Positions 11,747 to 23,232 of a stretch of DNA of 64,000 bases are shown here, piece by piece (position 1 is the first letter of the stretch; the number at the start of each line of letters is the position of its first letter). This DNA comes from Tricharina praecox (taxonomy: Eukaryota): positions 310,001 to 374,000 of the forward strand of contig NW_026250410.1 in assembly GCF_024521635.1 (NCBI RefSeq), written 5' to 3'. Below the pieces are notes generated by a model. It ran no database searches, was not told where the DNA came from, and saw only the letters and a list, made by a program, of their open reading frames with translations. Made by a program: the position numbers and the translations under genes.

Positions 11747-12581
11747 TGCAACGGTGGGGGTAGGGGCTAGCAGTGGGGGTGGCTGTTAGTGCTGTGGCTG
11801 TGGGGTGCAACGGGAGCTAGCGAATGAGAGTGGGTGCAACGACGACAGAAGCTGTAATGAATGATTGTCAATCTAGAAAAGGCGAGGGTGAGCTATTGGA
11901 GACATGCGGTAACAGTAGGAGTTAATGCTTACCGACGGGCTGAAAGCAGAGGATTGAGTCTATGAGGAGGTATTCAGCTTGTTGTTGCTGCTACTGCTCT
12001 TCAAGCTCAATGCCGACTCTGCTCAGCTCTGCACGAAGGCGGATGAAGTTGTTGGTGCTACTGGGGTAAGAAATGGGTGCGAACGGGGAAAGGAGTGGTT
12101 TTGTGGATGTAGAGGGTGAAAGAAAGGAAAGAAGAAAGGCGGCCCCTCAAGTAAGGGAGGGGGTCGGTGAGAAAGTGTGAAGGTGCGAAGGTGCGAAGGC
12201 GCGGGAGTGGAGAAGGTCAAAGAAAGGGAGCAAGATAGGTCAAAGAGAAGAAACGGGAAGAGTGGAGCGTGCGGCGTGGAGTGTGGAGCTGGTTTTTCTG
12301 CCAACTCACTCGGCACAATGATTTTACATAGAAAGAAAGAGGTCAAACCCCCAACCCCAAGCCACCAGAAACAGACACAATCGCAAAAGACGGGCGACCA
12401 CATTTCCCGTTTGAGGCTCCTGCCGGGTTAGAGCAATGCACAATGCTGAAAACAGGTCTCAGGGAGAGCAAACACCGCAGAGTAAACATTGATTCGTCCG
12501 AACCACACTCCAGTTCGACCCAAGCTATCCCAAATCAACGCTGTAACTCCAGCTGCCATGACAACCCCCACCCCTCTATTC

Positions 12582-14124
12582 TCAAAGTCTCTCGGCGAAC
12601 CCAGACGTCTCCAGATCAGCCGCATCAACATCCGGTGGCGGTGCATCGTCTTCATACTGCTCCTTTCGGTCTCCTCCCAGCTTTTCCAATAGCTTTCCAA
12701 ATGCTTTTGGATTCTTCTTGGGCCCCGCGGTAGTCTTGAACTGATATCCTCTTAATCTATTTTTCCATTAGCATTCCTCTGATCATCGCAGCCGTGCATG
12801 GGAACGTGAAGAACATGCCTCGGCCCACCGCCCGTCTGCTTCGGCATCTCGTTCTCGTACGCCATAGCAAACATCCGACAATCCTCCTCGAACGTGCCAT
12901 CTGCAATACTCTTCCGGACAGCATCGAAGAACAATTCCGTCACGTGGATATTATGAAGCTGCAACAGCACCCACGCCGTCATCTCCTTCGCCGCGAGTAG
13001 ATGACACACGTACGCCCTATGATGCCGCCTGCAAGCATAGCAATTGCACCCCTCTACCAACGGCTTTGTATCCGTCTTCATCTCCTCTGATCCAGCCCAC
13101 ATATCTCTCGCCAGCGGCTTCCTCTTCCCCTCCTCGCCGCCTTCCACCTTCCCGGGAAACTCAAACTCGAGCGAAAAACCCGCATCCGTGGCCTCGGTCG
13201 GAAATACAAGCGAGAATAAATCGACGCCCCTTGCAATTGCCTGTAAGAGGATATGCGGCGTCGCCGGATCATCCATCGCAAATCTCGGCAAGCCCTCAAG
13301 CTCGCTGGGCATATCCGGTACGAGAGTCGAGTTGTAGAAAGCTAGGCCAGCAAGACGAGTGCTCATCTCCTCGGCGATGGATTGAATATAAAGCCGCTGC
13401 TGCTCGATCTCGATCGGGAGAATCGGCGCAAATATCGGTGTCCTACTACCCTCTGTTATGCGCAGTAGGGTCTCGAGCCAGAGCTCGGTGCGGTCTACCA
13501 TCTTCGGCATGCGGTTCTTCCCCGCCTTCTTTGCAGGTATGTCTGCCAGTCCAATTACAGCATCTGGCTGGAGATGTGACAGGCAAGAGATGTAATCGTT
13601 GACTTCCAGCTCGCGGAAGCCAACGGATGTGAGCATCGATATCGAGTGGTCGGTATTCGTAGCTGGTGCCGGAACCGGCGGACATCTTCTTGCAGCCAGG
13701 AACAACAGTGAGGAAGATGGCTGACCCGTGAAAGCGCGCAGCGGACCGGGGAACTGAAACGCGGGAGATCCAGGAATGCCCTTCTCGATAACTGCTCTCG
13801 GGCACTCACTCGTCAGACCGACCACCCAAACATTGCTATGGAATAGGAAGGAAACACACAATCCTCCAGCGCAGCATAAACCCCCCTAATATCCGTATGA
13901 TCCCTCAAATTATCGTGCGAAAGATGCGGCACCACGCCGCGCGACGTTGGCGCAAGAAACGCCGGCGTATCGATCTGCACATTCCTCGCTACCAGTCTTC
14001 CCAGGCGCGCGCCGTGGGCTGTGGCCGTGGCCGTGGCTGTACTCGGAAGCAGGCGGAACGAAAACATCTCCGAATTGGCAAGCTCGTATTCTGGCGGCGG
14101 TGCGGAGGATTCTGCTTCCATCAT
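12582..14124 (-). CDS. QTRT2: Queuine tRNA-ribosyltransferase accessory subunit, 3 exons
   Basis: ARLGRL...IDTPAFLAPTSRGVVPHLSHD; Zn site CNCYAC...HHRAYVCHLLAAKEM...LQLHN; C-terminal GPRLRGYQF after a GC-AG intron (12818-12757); first intron about 13859-13793. Confidence 0.9.
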
Positions 14125-14424
14125 CAATTTTTGCAGAAGCGTTCCGTTCCGGGCAGGGCAGGGCGTGTGGCGGATCACTCGAAACGCGGGGCAGCAGCAC
14201 TAGCTAACTAACTAGCTTAGCGCAGCAGGTGAGAGCTCGACTAACTAACTAACGACCGGGTAAACGGCGCATCTGGTCGAACGTCCGCGATCCCCGTCAC
14301 CCGTCTGTCTTGCCCGCCAACTATATACACCACCAATCCACGAAGCTCCGGCCGGCATCACCACACCGTCCCCCGCGTCCCCCCGTCTCCCAACCTACCA
14401 TCAAACACAGAAAACCCCGCCAAA

Positions 14425-14765
14425 ATGGCAATCCTTGGCTGGGCCGCCTTCGGTACATACCTCCCCCCCAGTCTTGTGTCCATCCACACCCCCGCCTAAC
14501 GAACCTACGAACAGGTGCCGCCGTCCGCATGTGGCAGCTCGGAATCGAGATGCGCCCGCTCGTGCACAAGAGCACGGCAATCGGCTATCCGATCTTTGCC
14601 AGCATCGGCGGCGCATTCGGCTACTACCTTGAGGGTGTCGAGGATCGGCAGAAGAAGCTGCTCGAGGACCGGAAGGCCAGGCTGCTGGCGAAGCGGGCAC
14701 GACATGCTGGACGGGACGAGACGGAGGCTGGGGCTGGGACTGGCGATAAGGTTCTTGCGTTTTAA
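14425..14765 (+). CDS. NADH:ubiquinone oxidoreductase 14-kDa accessory subunit (fungal NUO-14/NDUFC2-like), 2 exons
   Basis: MAILGWAAFGAAVRMWQLGIEMRPL...GYPIFASIGGAFGYYLEGVEDRQKKLLEDRKARLLAKRAR. Intron 14453-14514. Confidence 0.85.
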
Positions 14766-15033
14766 GTGCGATTGTTGTTGGGAAGAGGGGTGGTTACATA
14801 TGATATGCTCTTGCTTTTCGGGCTTTCGTCAATTGCACAGGGCGGTAGGGAATGAATGGCTAGAAAGGACAGACAGAACCTCGTATTTTGCTCCGAAATA
14901 TCAAGGTCTACAAACTACTCGCGACTTCTCCACAATCATCTGGTATCCTTCGCTCTTGCTGTGCAGGCAAAACAATAACACAGGTATCAAAATTACATCG
15001 CAAACAACACAACCCGCTGAGCCACTGCCCCGT

Positions 15034-17974
15034 CTAAAACTCAATCCTCCAATCCTGGGTGATGGGAGCCCTGGGATCTCTAACGGTCGCCACATTGGCC
15101 TTCCCGTCTTTGCCCTTGATGACGGCGACATCCGCCTCCCAAGTCTTGCCATCCACCTCGACCGTGACATTCTTCTTTGCCAGCCATTCATCGCTGACAC
15201 CAACGATCATAACCTTCTCTACGCGGACATCCTTCATGGTGGTCTCAAAAGCCGCAGCCTTGGATGGGTCAAGGTGGAGATTGCCGCATGCCAGAGACTG
15301 CCCGTTGAAGATGAAGGAGCGGTGGATATACGCACCGTCCCTGTCCGCAAACGTCTCGCCGTCATCGATGTAGAGAACACCACCGGCAACACCCTGTTCA
15401 GCTTGTTAGCAAGATTCTAGGTATACATAACAAATCAAGCTTACCTGGAGATTGAGGTTGATCACGAGCGTGTAAGGATCGAATTTCATCAGGCTAGAGC
15501 TCCGCCTGTGCCTATCCTTCCTTGGGATGATGTGTCCACCCCTCATCAAGAGCGGGATAGTATCCAACGGCGCAGGGACAGTCTTGTAGCCTTTGCCCTG
15601 GTACAGGGTTTGGTTGAAGTAATCATAGTACGGCTCATTGTCGGGAAGGTAAATGTCAACCGACTGGGCACCCTCATTGACAACGGGCTTTACGAGAAGC
15701 CCCGAGTCACCGAGGAATAGCTGGTCGTCGATTGCGAAACCAGCTTCGTCATCAGGGAACATGACGAAGTGGGGGCGGACGACTGGCATTCCTTCGAAAC
15801 TGGCACGGTGGAATGCAGTGTACCAAACCGGCAGAAGAGAGTACCTCAGCTGGATGGCCGAGCGGACAATGGAGCGGTAGGGCTCGTCCATGAGGTAGGG
15901 CTCCCTGCGCTTGGCGTCGATGTGGGCGTGGCCACGGAAGAATGGGTAGAATGCCCCGGACTGGTACCACCTGGTGAACAGCTCCTTTGAGGGGTTGCCG
16001 AAGAAGCCACCAACATCCGCTCCAGCGAAAGGCATGCCGGCGATACCCTGGTTCAGAATCATGGGGAAGGCTTGCGCAAGGTGGCTCCAGTCGGCCAAGT
16101 TGTCACCGGTCCACATGGCAGCACTCCTCTGGCTTCCGGCGAAGAAACTGCGAGTCAGGACGAAAGGTCTCTTCTCGTTCCCCTTGCCCTCCCGCTCGAC
16201 CATTCCCTCATAGGTAGCATTATGGTAGCGCAGTCCGTAAAGATTGTGGACATCGCGGTGCTCCCAGTTCTCGTGGTGGAGGTTGTCCTTGGGCATGGTG
16301 GTTTCTGGTCCGTTGAAAACGGAAGGCTCGTTCATGTCGTTCCAGATGTGCATGTTCTTGGTCGCATAAGGGAACACCTTGAGGTTGAAAAGATTCTTCC
16401 ACCACTTGACAGCTGCCGGGTTGAAGCCATCGATCCAGTGGGAAGATCCAGGCCAACACCATCCATCGTAGGATTTGTCGCCGTTCTTGTCTTTTACAGC
16501 CAATCCCTGTTCGTCCATCTGCTTGCTGACCTCGTACCCCTTCTCATTCTTGATATGAGGATCGATGATGGCGACAAGCTTTCGTTCCCTCTTGGCCAAC
16601 TGGTCCTGCATCGAAACGGGGTCGCTGAAGGTCAAGGGATCCCAAGTGAAGTACTTCTTGCCGTCGGTGTATTCGATATCCAGCCAGATGACATCATAGG
16701 GAATATCAAACTTGTCAAACTTCCGATCCACGTCCTTAACATCGTCTTGCGAGACATAATTCCATCTACACTGGTGGTAGGCAAGGGAGAAGACAGGTGG
16801 AAGAGTAGTGTATCCGGTGAGTGCACCGTACTGCTCGTACAAGTATCCAGCAGTTGGGCCTGGCAAAACGAACACATCAAGAAGGCCACCCTCGGAAAAC
16901 CAATGAGTGTGGGTACTGCGTTTCTCGGTAGACAGGGCTTTGGGATTCGGGTGGCTCTTGGTGATATCGATCCAAGTTTCGGCAGCGTTGAGCCAGAATA
17001 CTCCGACGGTAGAGCCCTTCTTCTGCGCCTGCATGAACGGAATGGATCCGTAGAGGGTCATCGGCGAATTGGTCTCGTACTCGAAGACGTCTGCATTGTA
17101 CAGCCGGTATGGTTCATCATAGTTGCCTTCGCCGCCACGGGTCTCCTTGAGAGCAAGACTAGAGGCGTGCTCGGGAATGCCGTACACGTGCTCGTAACCA
17201 GGGAAGGTAATATCCAACCCGACGGACTCGGGACCTGCACATAGGTCAATACGCGGCGATACAGCGAACGGGAACGTGTTACCAACCTCGGGGCTTAGAG
17301 TCGGTGTTGCCACCGAAGGTCTCATCCCACCAGGTGCTGTCGTCCTCCCCATTCTCTCCTTCCACCTTCTCCCTCTGGGGCCTCCAGTGCTCAACATTCA
17401 TGAGGTTACGCCCATTGAGCACAATATAAGGTTCGCCGTTCCTCAGGAAAGTAAGCTTGAACGGCTTATGCTCGATAATTGCCCGAAAATCGCCAAAACC
17501 GTAGGTAACCGTACTCTCCGTTCCCTTCGTATCGAGCTCGGCCTTGGCAAATACATTCTTCCCGCCGACCAGCACCCACTTCTCAGCCTCATTGTAACGT
17601 TCTTTCCTCGCCTTACTCCCACCCCGCAGCTCAATCTCCCCTTTCTGACGCTTCGCTTCATCGACCGAGACTCGTGCAACGCCGTCTTCCAAGAACGAGA
17701 TAGTAAGCGGCAATTCGACCTTCCCACCATCCTTCTCGCCCACAGATTTCCACAGTTTTCCCGTCAACACGCCATCTGCGAGTTTGACACTATCCGCCTC
17801 GAGCTCGTATGGCGATGCCCACGACGGGCCCGCGGCCGACGCTTCGTCTGCGAGAGCGCGGTTTCTCTGGCAGAATCCTGATTGTAAACACGTCTTGAAG
17901 TCGCCATGCTTAACTGCGGTCGTGAGTTCGAGGACCGAGAGTAGCAGCACTAGAAGGGTGGCCTGCCGCCGCAT
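15034..17974 (-). CDS. ROT2: ER glucosidase II alpha subunit (GH31), 3 exons
   Basis: Signal peptide then VKHGDFKTCLQSGFCQRNR; WDETFGGNTDSKPRGPES; WNDMNEPSVF nucleophile; WTGDN acid/base; C-terminal WRIEF. Introns 17286-17235 and 15444-15394. Confidence 0.95.
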
Positions 17975-18501
17975 CGGAGCTGTAGAATGTCCCAGGCTTT
18001 TCAGGGTTTCCTGAGACGATAAGAAGTTGAGAGGGCCGAGACAACTGAGGTAATGGTAATCGGGCTGCTTCGGAGTTGGGGAAGCTCGAGTTCGTCGGTA
18101 GAATTGGGATATCAAAAAGAAGTTCAGCCGTGGTGTTTGGCCGGCCGAAGAATGTACCTGAATGAATAGCTCTCTCTTGCAGCAAGGTGTTCAAATGTTC
18201 CCTCGATAGCTTTCGGCTTAGCCGCCATGCTGTACGCCGCTAACCGCAAAAAATCAGAACCCCTGCAGATGGCCGATGCTGACTTCAGAGTTAAGGTTGC
18301 TTACCCGGAGAAGCTGAGCTGAGCTATGCTGTGTCTGGAGGTGGGGTTCATCCGCCACTTTTGTTGCTTCTTTCCCAGATTGATAAGCCATCCATTTCTT
18401 ACCTATGATGTGATTGTGTAAAACTCGCGACACTCCTCAATCTCCATAATCAAACTCCTTCAAACACCAATATACGAGAAACGAAACCCGACTTCTTCAA
18501 A

Positions 18502-19438
18502 ATGTCCATGGATAGTGTGAAGCACGTAATACTGGTGCGTTCACTCCACTCACTCGCCCCCGAGTTATACTACGTATAGTGGCTCACACCTTTCAGGTTC
18601 TCTCCGGCAAAGGCGGCGTTGGAAAATCCTCAGTAACCGTTCAACTCGCTCTCTCCCTCGCACGTGCCGGCCATAAAGTCGGAGTTCTCGATGTCGACCT
18701 GACGGGTCCCAACATCCCACGGATGTTCAACGTCGAGGGCGAAAAGGTCACGCAGGGAGCGCACGGATGGGTCCCGGTTCCTGTGGGCGGGAAGGCTGAG
18801 GAGGGGAAAGGCTCGATATGCTGTATGAGTCTGGGGTTCCTACTGCGTGATCGTGGTGATAGTGTTGTCTGGAGGGGTCCCAAAAAGACGGCCATGGTTA
18901 GGCAGTTTATGACGGATGTCATTTGGGGGGAGCTGGACTATCTTCTGATTGATACGCCGCCGGGTATATTCCATCCAGAAAGAGTGAAAGAGGAGCTGGT
19001 ACTAACAGGTAGGAAGGCACGAGCGATGAACACATTTCCCTAGCGGAGCAAATGCGCACCGTAAATCCCGACGGTGCTGTTATCGTCACTACGCCCCAAG
19101 CCGTTGCCACCGCGGACGTACGCAAGGAGATCAATTTTTGCAAGAAAGTCGGTCTGGAAATCCTAGGTGTGGTCGAGAACATGAGTGGATTCGTATGCCC
19201 GCATTGCAGCGAGTGCACGAACGTGTTTTCGTCTGGAGGAGGAAAGACTATGGCGGAGCAGTTCTCGGTGGAGTTCTTTGGCGCCGTGCCGATTGACCCG
19301 TCATTCAACCTCATGATCGAAAGTCAGTCATCGGGAGAAGGGAGGAAGACGCCGCTGGTGGAGCAGTATGGAAAGTCAAAGTTGTGCCCGATATTCAAGG
19401 AAATCACGGATGGGCTTGTAGCGAAGGTCAACCCGTAG
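18502..19438 (+). CDS. CFD1: Cytosolic Fe-S cluster assembly P-loop NTPase CFD1, 3 exons
   Basis: [58 protein letters not shown]. Lacks the N-terminal Cys cluster of NBP35. Introns about 18535-18596 and 18964-19016. Confidence 0.93.
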
Positions 19439-19695
19439 TTACAAAGATGGTGGCTTGATGTTAGACGGGCATGAGCTGGGGCGTACGGTGTTTGGAATTT
19501 GGATTGTCATGTTTACTATGTGGGGAAGTAGAGATACCTTTTCCATATGCGCATCATCTGGTGAATAGGTACATGCATGTGTACAATCGGGAGCGTGCAG
19601 CTCAGTCCGCTCGATGTAGCACAAGCTTCAATCCCCGCCATACTCCACCGACGTCATCCATCCCTCTTCCGAACCTTCATCCACCACGCTCTGCC

Positions 19696-20905
19696 ATGCC
19701 GCCTACGCAAAACTTTCTCCAGTCCTTCCTCCATACCAGTCGCACCACCCTCGTCGCAGCGACCAAAACCACCAACATCCTCCCAATCGTAATTGGCAAT
19801 GAATCCGCCGGTTAGCCAGCCATCTCCCCACCCTTCAGCATACCCACTAACCTTCCATGCAGACCTAGACTCGTTCGCTTCCTCCCTCCTCTACGCCTAC
19901 CTCACACCTACCCGTCCGCAACCCATTCCTTTTCTCGCCATCCCCCGCGCCGACCTCTCCCTCCGTCCCGAATTCCTGCACCTCTTCCACGAACTCTCGC
20001 TGTCTCCTTCCGACATCCTCTGTGCGGACGACACTCCGAGCTTCCACTCGGTCCCTCCCTCGGCGCTCCACCTGCACCTCGTCGACCACAACGTCCCGAC
20101 ACTCCCGCTGCCCGGTTCACAAGTTGTGGGAATAATCGACCACCATGACGACGAGGGTCATTTCCCGTCGGCGTCACCGCGGGTGATCGAGAAGTGCGGA
20201 TCCTGCTCCTCGCTCGTGATCCGCACGTTCCTCGCACAATCCCAACTCCGCAAAGCCGATGAACAATCGCAGATCGCGCGCTTGGCCCTCGCAGCTGTAC
20301 TCATCGATACAACCGACATGACGCAGAAGGTTACGGAGATCGATGAGGCGGTGGTGCAGACGCTGCTGGGAATGCTGCCAAAGGACTGGGACAGGAAGGC
20401 ATTTTATCAGGGCGTGTCGCAGGCGAAGAAGGATGTCGGGAGCCTGCCGCTGAGGGATCTGCTCAGGAAGGACTATAAGGAGTGGGCTGAAGCGAACGTG
20501 TGCAAGATCGGCATCGCGAGCGTCGTAATGGGCCTAAAATGGATGTGCTCCCGCGAGGAGAACAATACTGTGTTCATGAACTGTCTCAAGTCCTATGCCG
20601 GCGAGAAAGGACTGGATGTACTGGGCGTTATGACTACAGATGGGGAGGGCGATGAGTTCCACAGGGAGCTGCTGCTGTGGGGAATGAGTGATGTGGGGAA
20701 GGAATGTGTGCAGCGGTTTGAGAACGGCGCAGATGACGCGGGGTTGAGTTTAGGGAAGTGGGGGGATGGAGAATTGGATTTGGTGCCAGAGCGCAAGGCA
20801 TGGACGCAAGGGAATCTGGCTATGAGTCGGAAGCAGGTTGCCCCGTTCCTCAGGGAGTGTGCCAGAGGGAGGAATGATACCAACAAAGCGAGAGCCAAGG
20901 TTTAA
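19696..20905 (+). CDS. PPX1: DHH-family exopolyphosphatase, 2 exons
   Basis: IGNESADLDS (across intron 19811-19862), LVDHN, IIDHH, GSCSSL, LLRKDYKEW, SRKQVAP. Confidence 0.9.
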
Positions 20906-21782
20906 GGCAGTAGACCAAGTAGAAATTTGAAGATGAGCCTTGGGCAATCACACGAGATCACCTGAAGAAGTTCGGCTCATGTGACCCTGTGCCGGTATTA
21001 GTGAACACTCGTATATGGAACCGCGGTCAATTGAGAGTCGCCCAAAAACCCATAGAGAAAGCTTAATGAAATCGATGCACGTAACTCACCAAAACTAGTA
21101 CGTTCGACAAAGTACTCGCACATCTAGAGGACAGCAACGGAGAGAGAGAGAGAACATAAATTCCCAAATCTAACACGGCTGAGTGCAATATGAAACAAGA
21201 AAATGGAAACAAACCTCCGGAGTGTATTCATCGTTCAACACTACCAAGCATTAGACGCCTAGTAATCTATCATACAGGAATATCTTGTCTACAGTAGTAT
21301 GAGTACATCCACCACACCTACGCCCACCAAATCTCCACCAAATACCAAAAGACAGACCGACAGACAGACAATTCACTCTCTTGGTGCAAATCAAATGAAG
21401 CAGAACAGAACAACGCAAACAAAACGGCAAACGTCATCGCATAAAGGGTTCAATGTTGTAAAAACTAACGCAAAGTAAAGAAAAAAAAGTCCCTTTAATC
21501 AACCGTCCCAGGAGCCAGCAGTCGGGCCTGCAGGTAACATTTGTCAGGCCATATGCCGCCGAGATCGAAGGTGTTGGTGGAGAGATTAATGTATGGTATG
21601 CAAAAACCACCATCCGAAAGCAAGCCGAACGTGTAAGGGAAACAGGGAAACAACGCCGCGCTCAGTATCGAAGTAGTACACAGTTAAAAGAGGGCGGGCT
21701 TGCTGGGAGAGAGCCGGATCTCGTTGCCTGTCCAGTAAATCAGTATGGCGTCCTAAAAGCAAAAGTACGTCATGGATGGCAA

Positions 21783-22668
21783 CTAACTCTTCCTGTTCAA
21801 AGCATTCTTCTCGTACGCCCATAGGTTGCTGGGAGTAACACTACTGTTACCGACAGTCTTGGGGCTGGCATTCCTGGGAGATCCCCACACAGGGCGTCCA
21901 CCCATACGGAGGGGGCTGCCCATCGGCTTTGGGCTGGGCGAGTCCATTGAGAATGAGGAAATTCCAGACATTCCCAAGCTGGAGTTGCCAAAGGTGGAGT
22001 TACCCAAGGCGGAGTTACCCAAGGCGGAGTTGCCCAAGGAGGAGTTGCCAAAGCCCGAGTTACCCGGAGCCGCCTTGCGCGTCAACGTCGGCGATGTATT
22101 CGTGGGAATTGGCGTAGCATTGCGGGAGGTAGGAGTCTTGGAGTAACGAGGAGGCGTCGCAAATTTTTCGGGAGACGCGGCAGCGGCGCTGAGAGGCGTA
22201 TCGGGATTGAGGCCCAACAGCTTACGTTGTCCAGGCGTCATCGAGATGTCGGTAAACTCATCGGCTGGCTTCAGCAGCTTCTTGAGCATAGCGTAGGTGT
22301 TCCAGAGAAAGAGGAGGCGCAACCCCCAGAAAGCGTAGGCGCCGTAGGTGAGCACAATCGCGGGGAAGATGGACGCCAACGAGGTCGCAGACTCACTACA
22401 ATGGGTTAGTTACTGATTGAAAGCAATACACATTGTGGAGACAGGCGCACTTGGTGAGCAGGAATTTGGGAGCCACAAACGAAGCGACGAAAGCAGCCAT
22501 GTTGTAGGTGACCACCATGAAGCTGGCATCGGTAAAGGTATTCTCGGCGATCCTTTTGGTGACCTTGTCTATTTCTGGGTGCCTCCAGGTACCAGTGGGG
22601 GTGATTGGCGTGGAGGGCGCCGAAGTGAATCTCGGTGTCGTTGGTGTTGTTGGAGCGCGTAAAGCCAT
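21783..22668 (-). CDS. POM34: Nuclear pore membrane protein Pom34-like, 2 exons
   Basis: TPTGTWRHP motif, two hydrophobic segments, DISMTPGQRKLLGL, TPPRY, S/T-P-rich tail. Intron 22450-22396. Confidence 0.8.
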
Positions 22669-23057
22669 GATGTTGTGCGAGGTGAAGTGTGTCTGTGTGG
22701 CAGCAGGTGAGAAAGCGAGAAGTAGTAGTGGCAGTAAGTGTTGTGAGAGGAAACGGAGTAAGTGAGCTGGATGGAGCTGAGGTGTGAAGTGTGTGTTGGT
22801 GTAGAGTCGTGTGGGAGGTTCGTGACAAGGAGGGAATTTGTTTGGGTGGGAACCCTGTCGGACTTTGTCTTGGCTCTTGGAAGCGTGACCAGAACGATGC
22901 TTATCATTATTCTTTGCCGATGCTCACTAGCCTGTGCTCACTAGCCGCCCCCCCCCCACCGCACTGCGCTCAACATCCCGCTTAACGGGCGAATGCCTGC
23001 GACCTTAGACGCCGGTTAATTGCCTAGGGATCTTCTTGATTAGCAAAGGCGATGAGG

Positions 23058-23117
23058 TAGGTGGCAGAAGGTGGTCACTAGGTGGCAGAAGGTGGTCACT
23101 AGGTGGCAGAAGGTGGT
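23058..23117. repeat. 21-bp tandem repeat (TAGGTGGCAGAAGGTGGTCAC) x ~2.9
   Basis: Visible direct repeat in the divergent promoter between POM34 and the ACS-like gene. Confidence 0.9.
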
Positions 23118-23232
23118 AGGCGGTGAGGCCACCGCAACTTCGAGCAGATTCACCACCATAGAAGAAGAGGGATCTCAGCTTTCTTCTCTTTGCAGAATCA
23201 ACAACCCCACCGACAAAATAAACTCCACAATC

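Noticed and set aside
23058..23117. Direct repeats as a CRISPR-like array
   Set aside because: Head-to-tail with no spacers, eukaryotic context, no cas genes.
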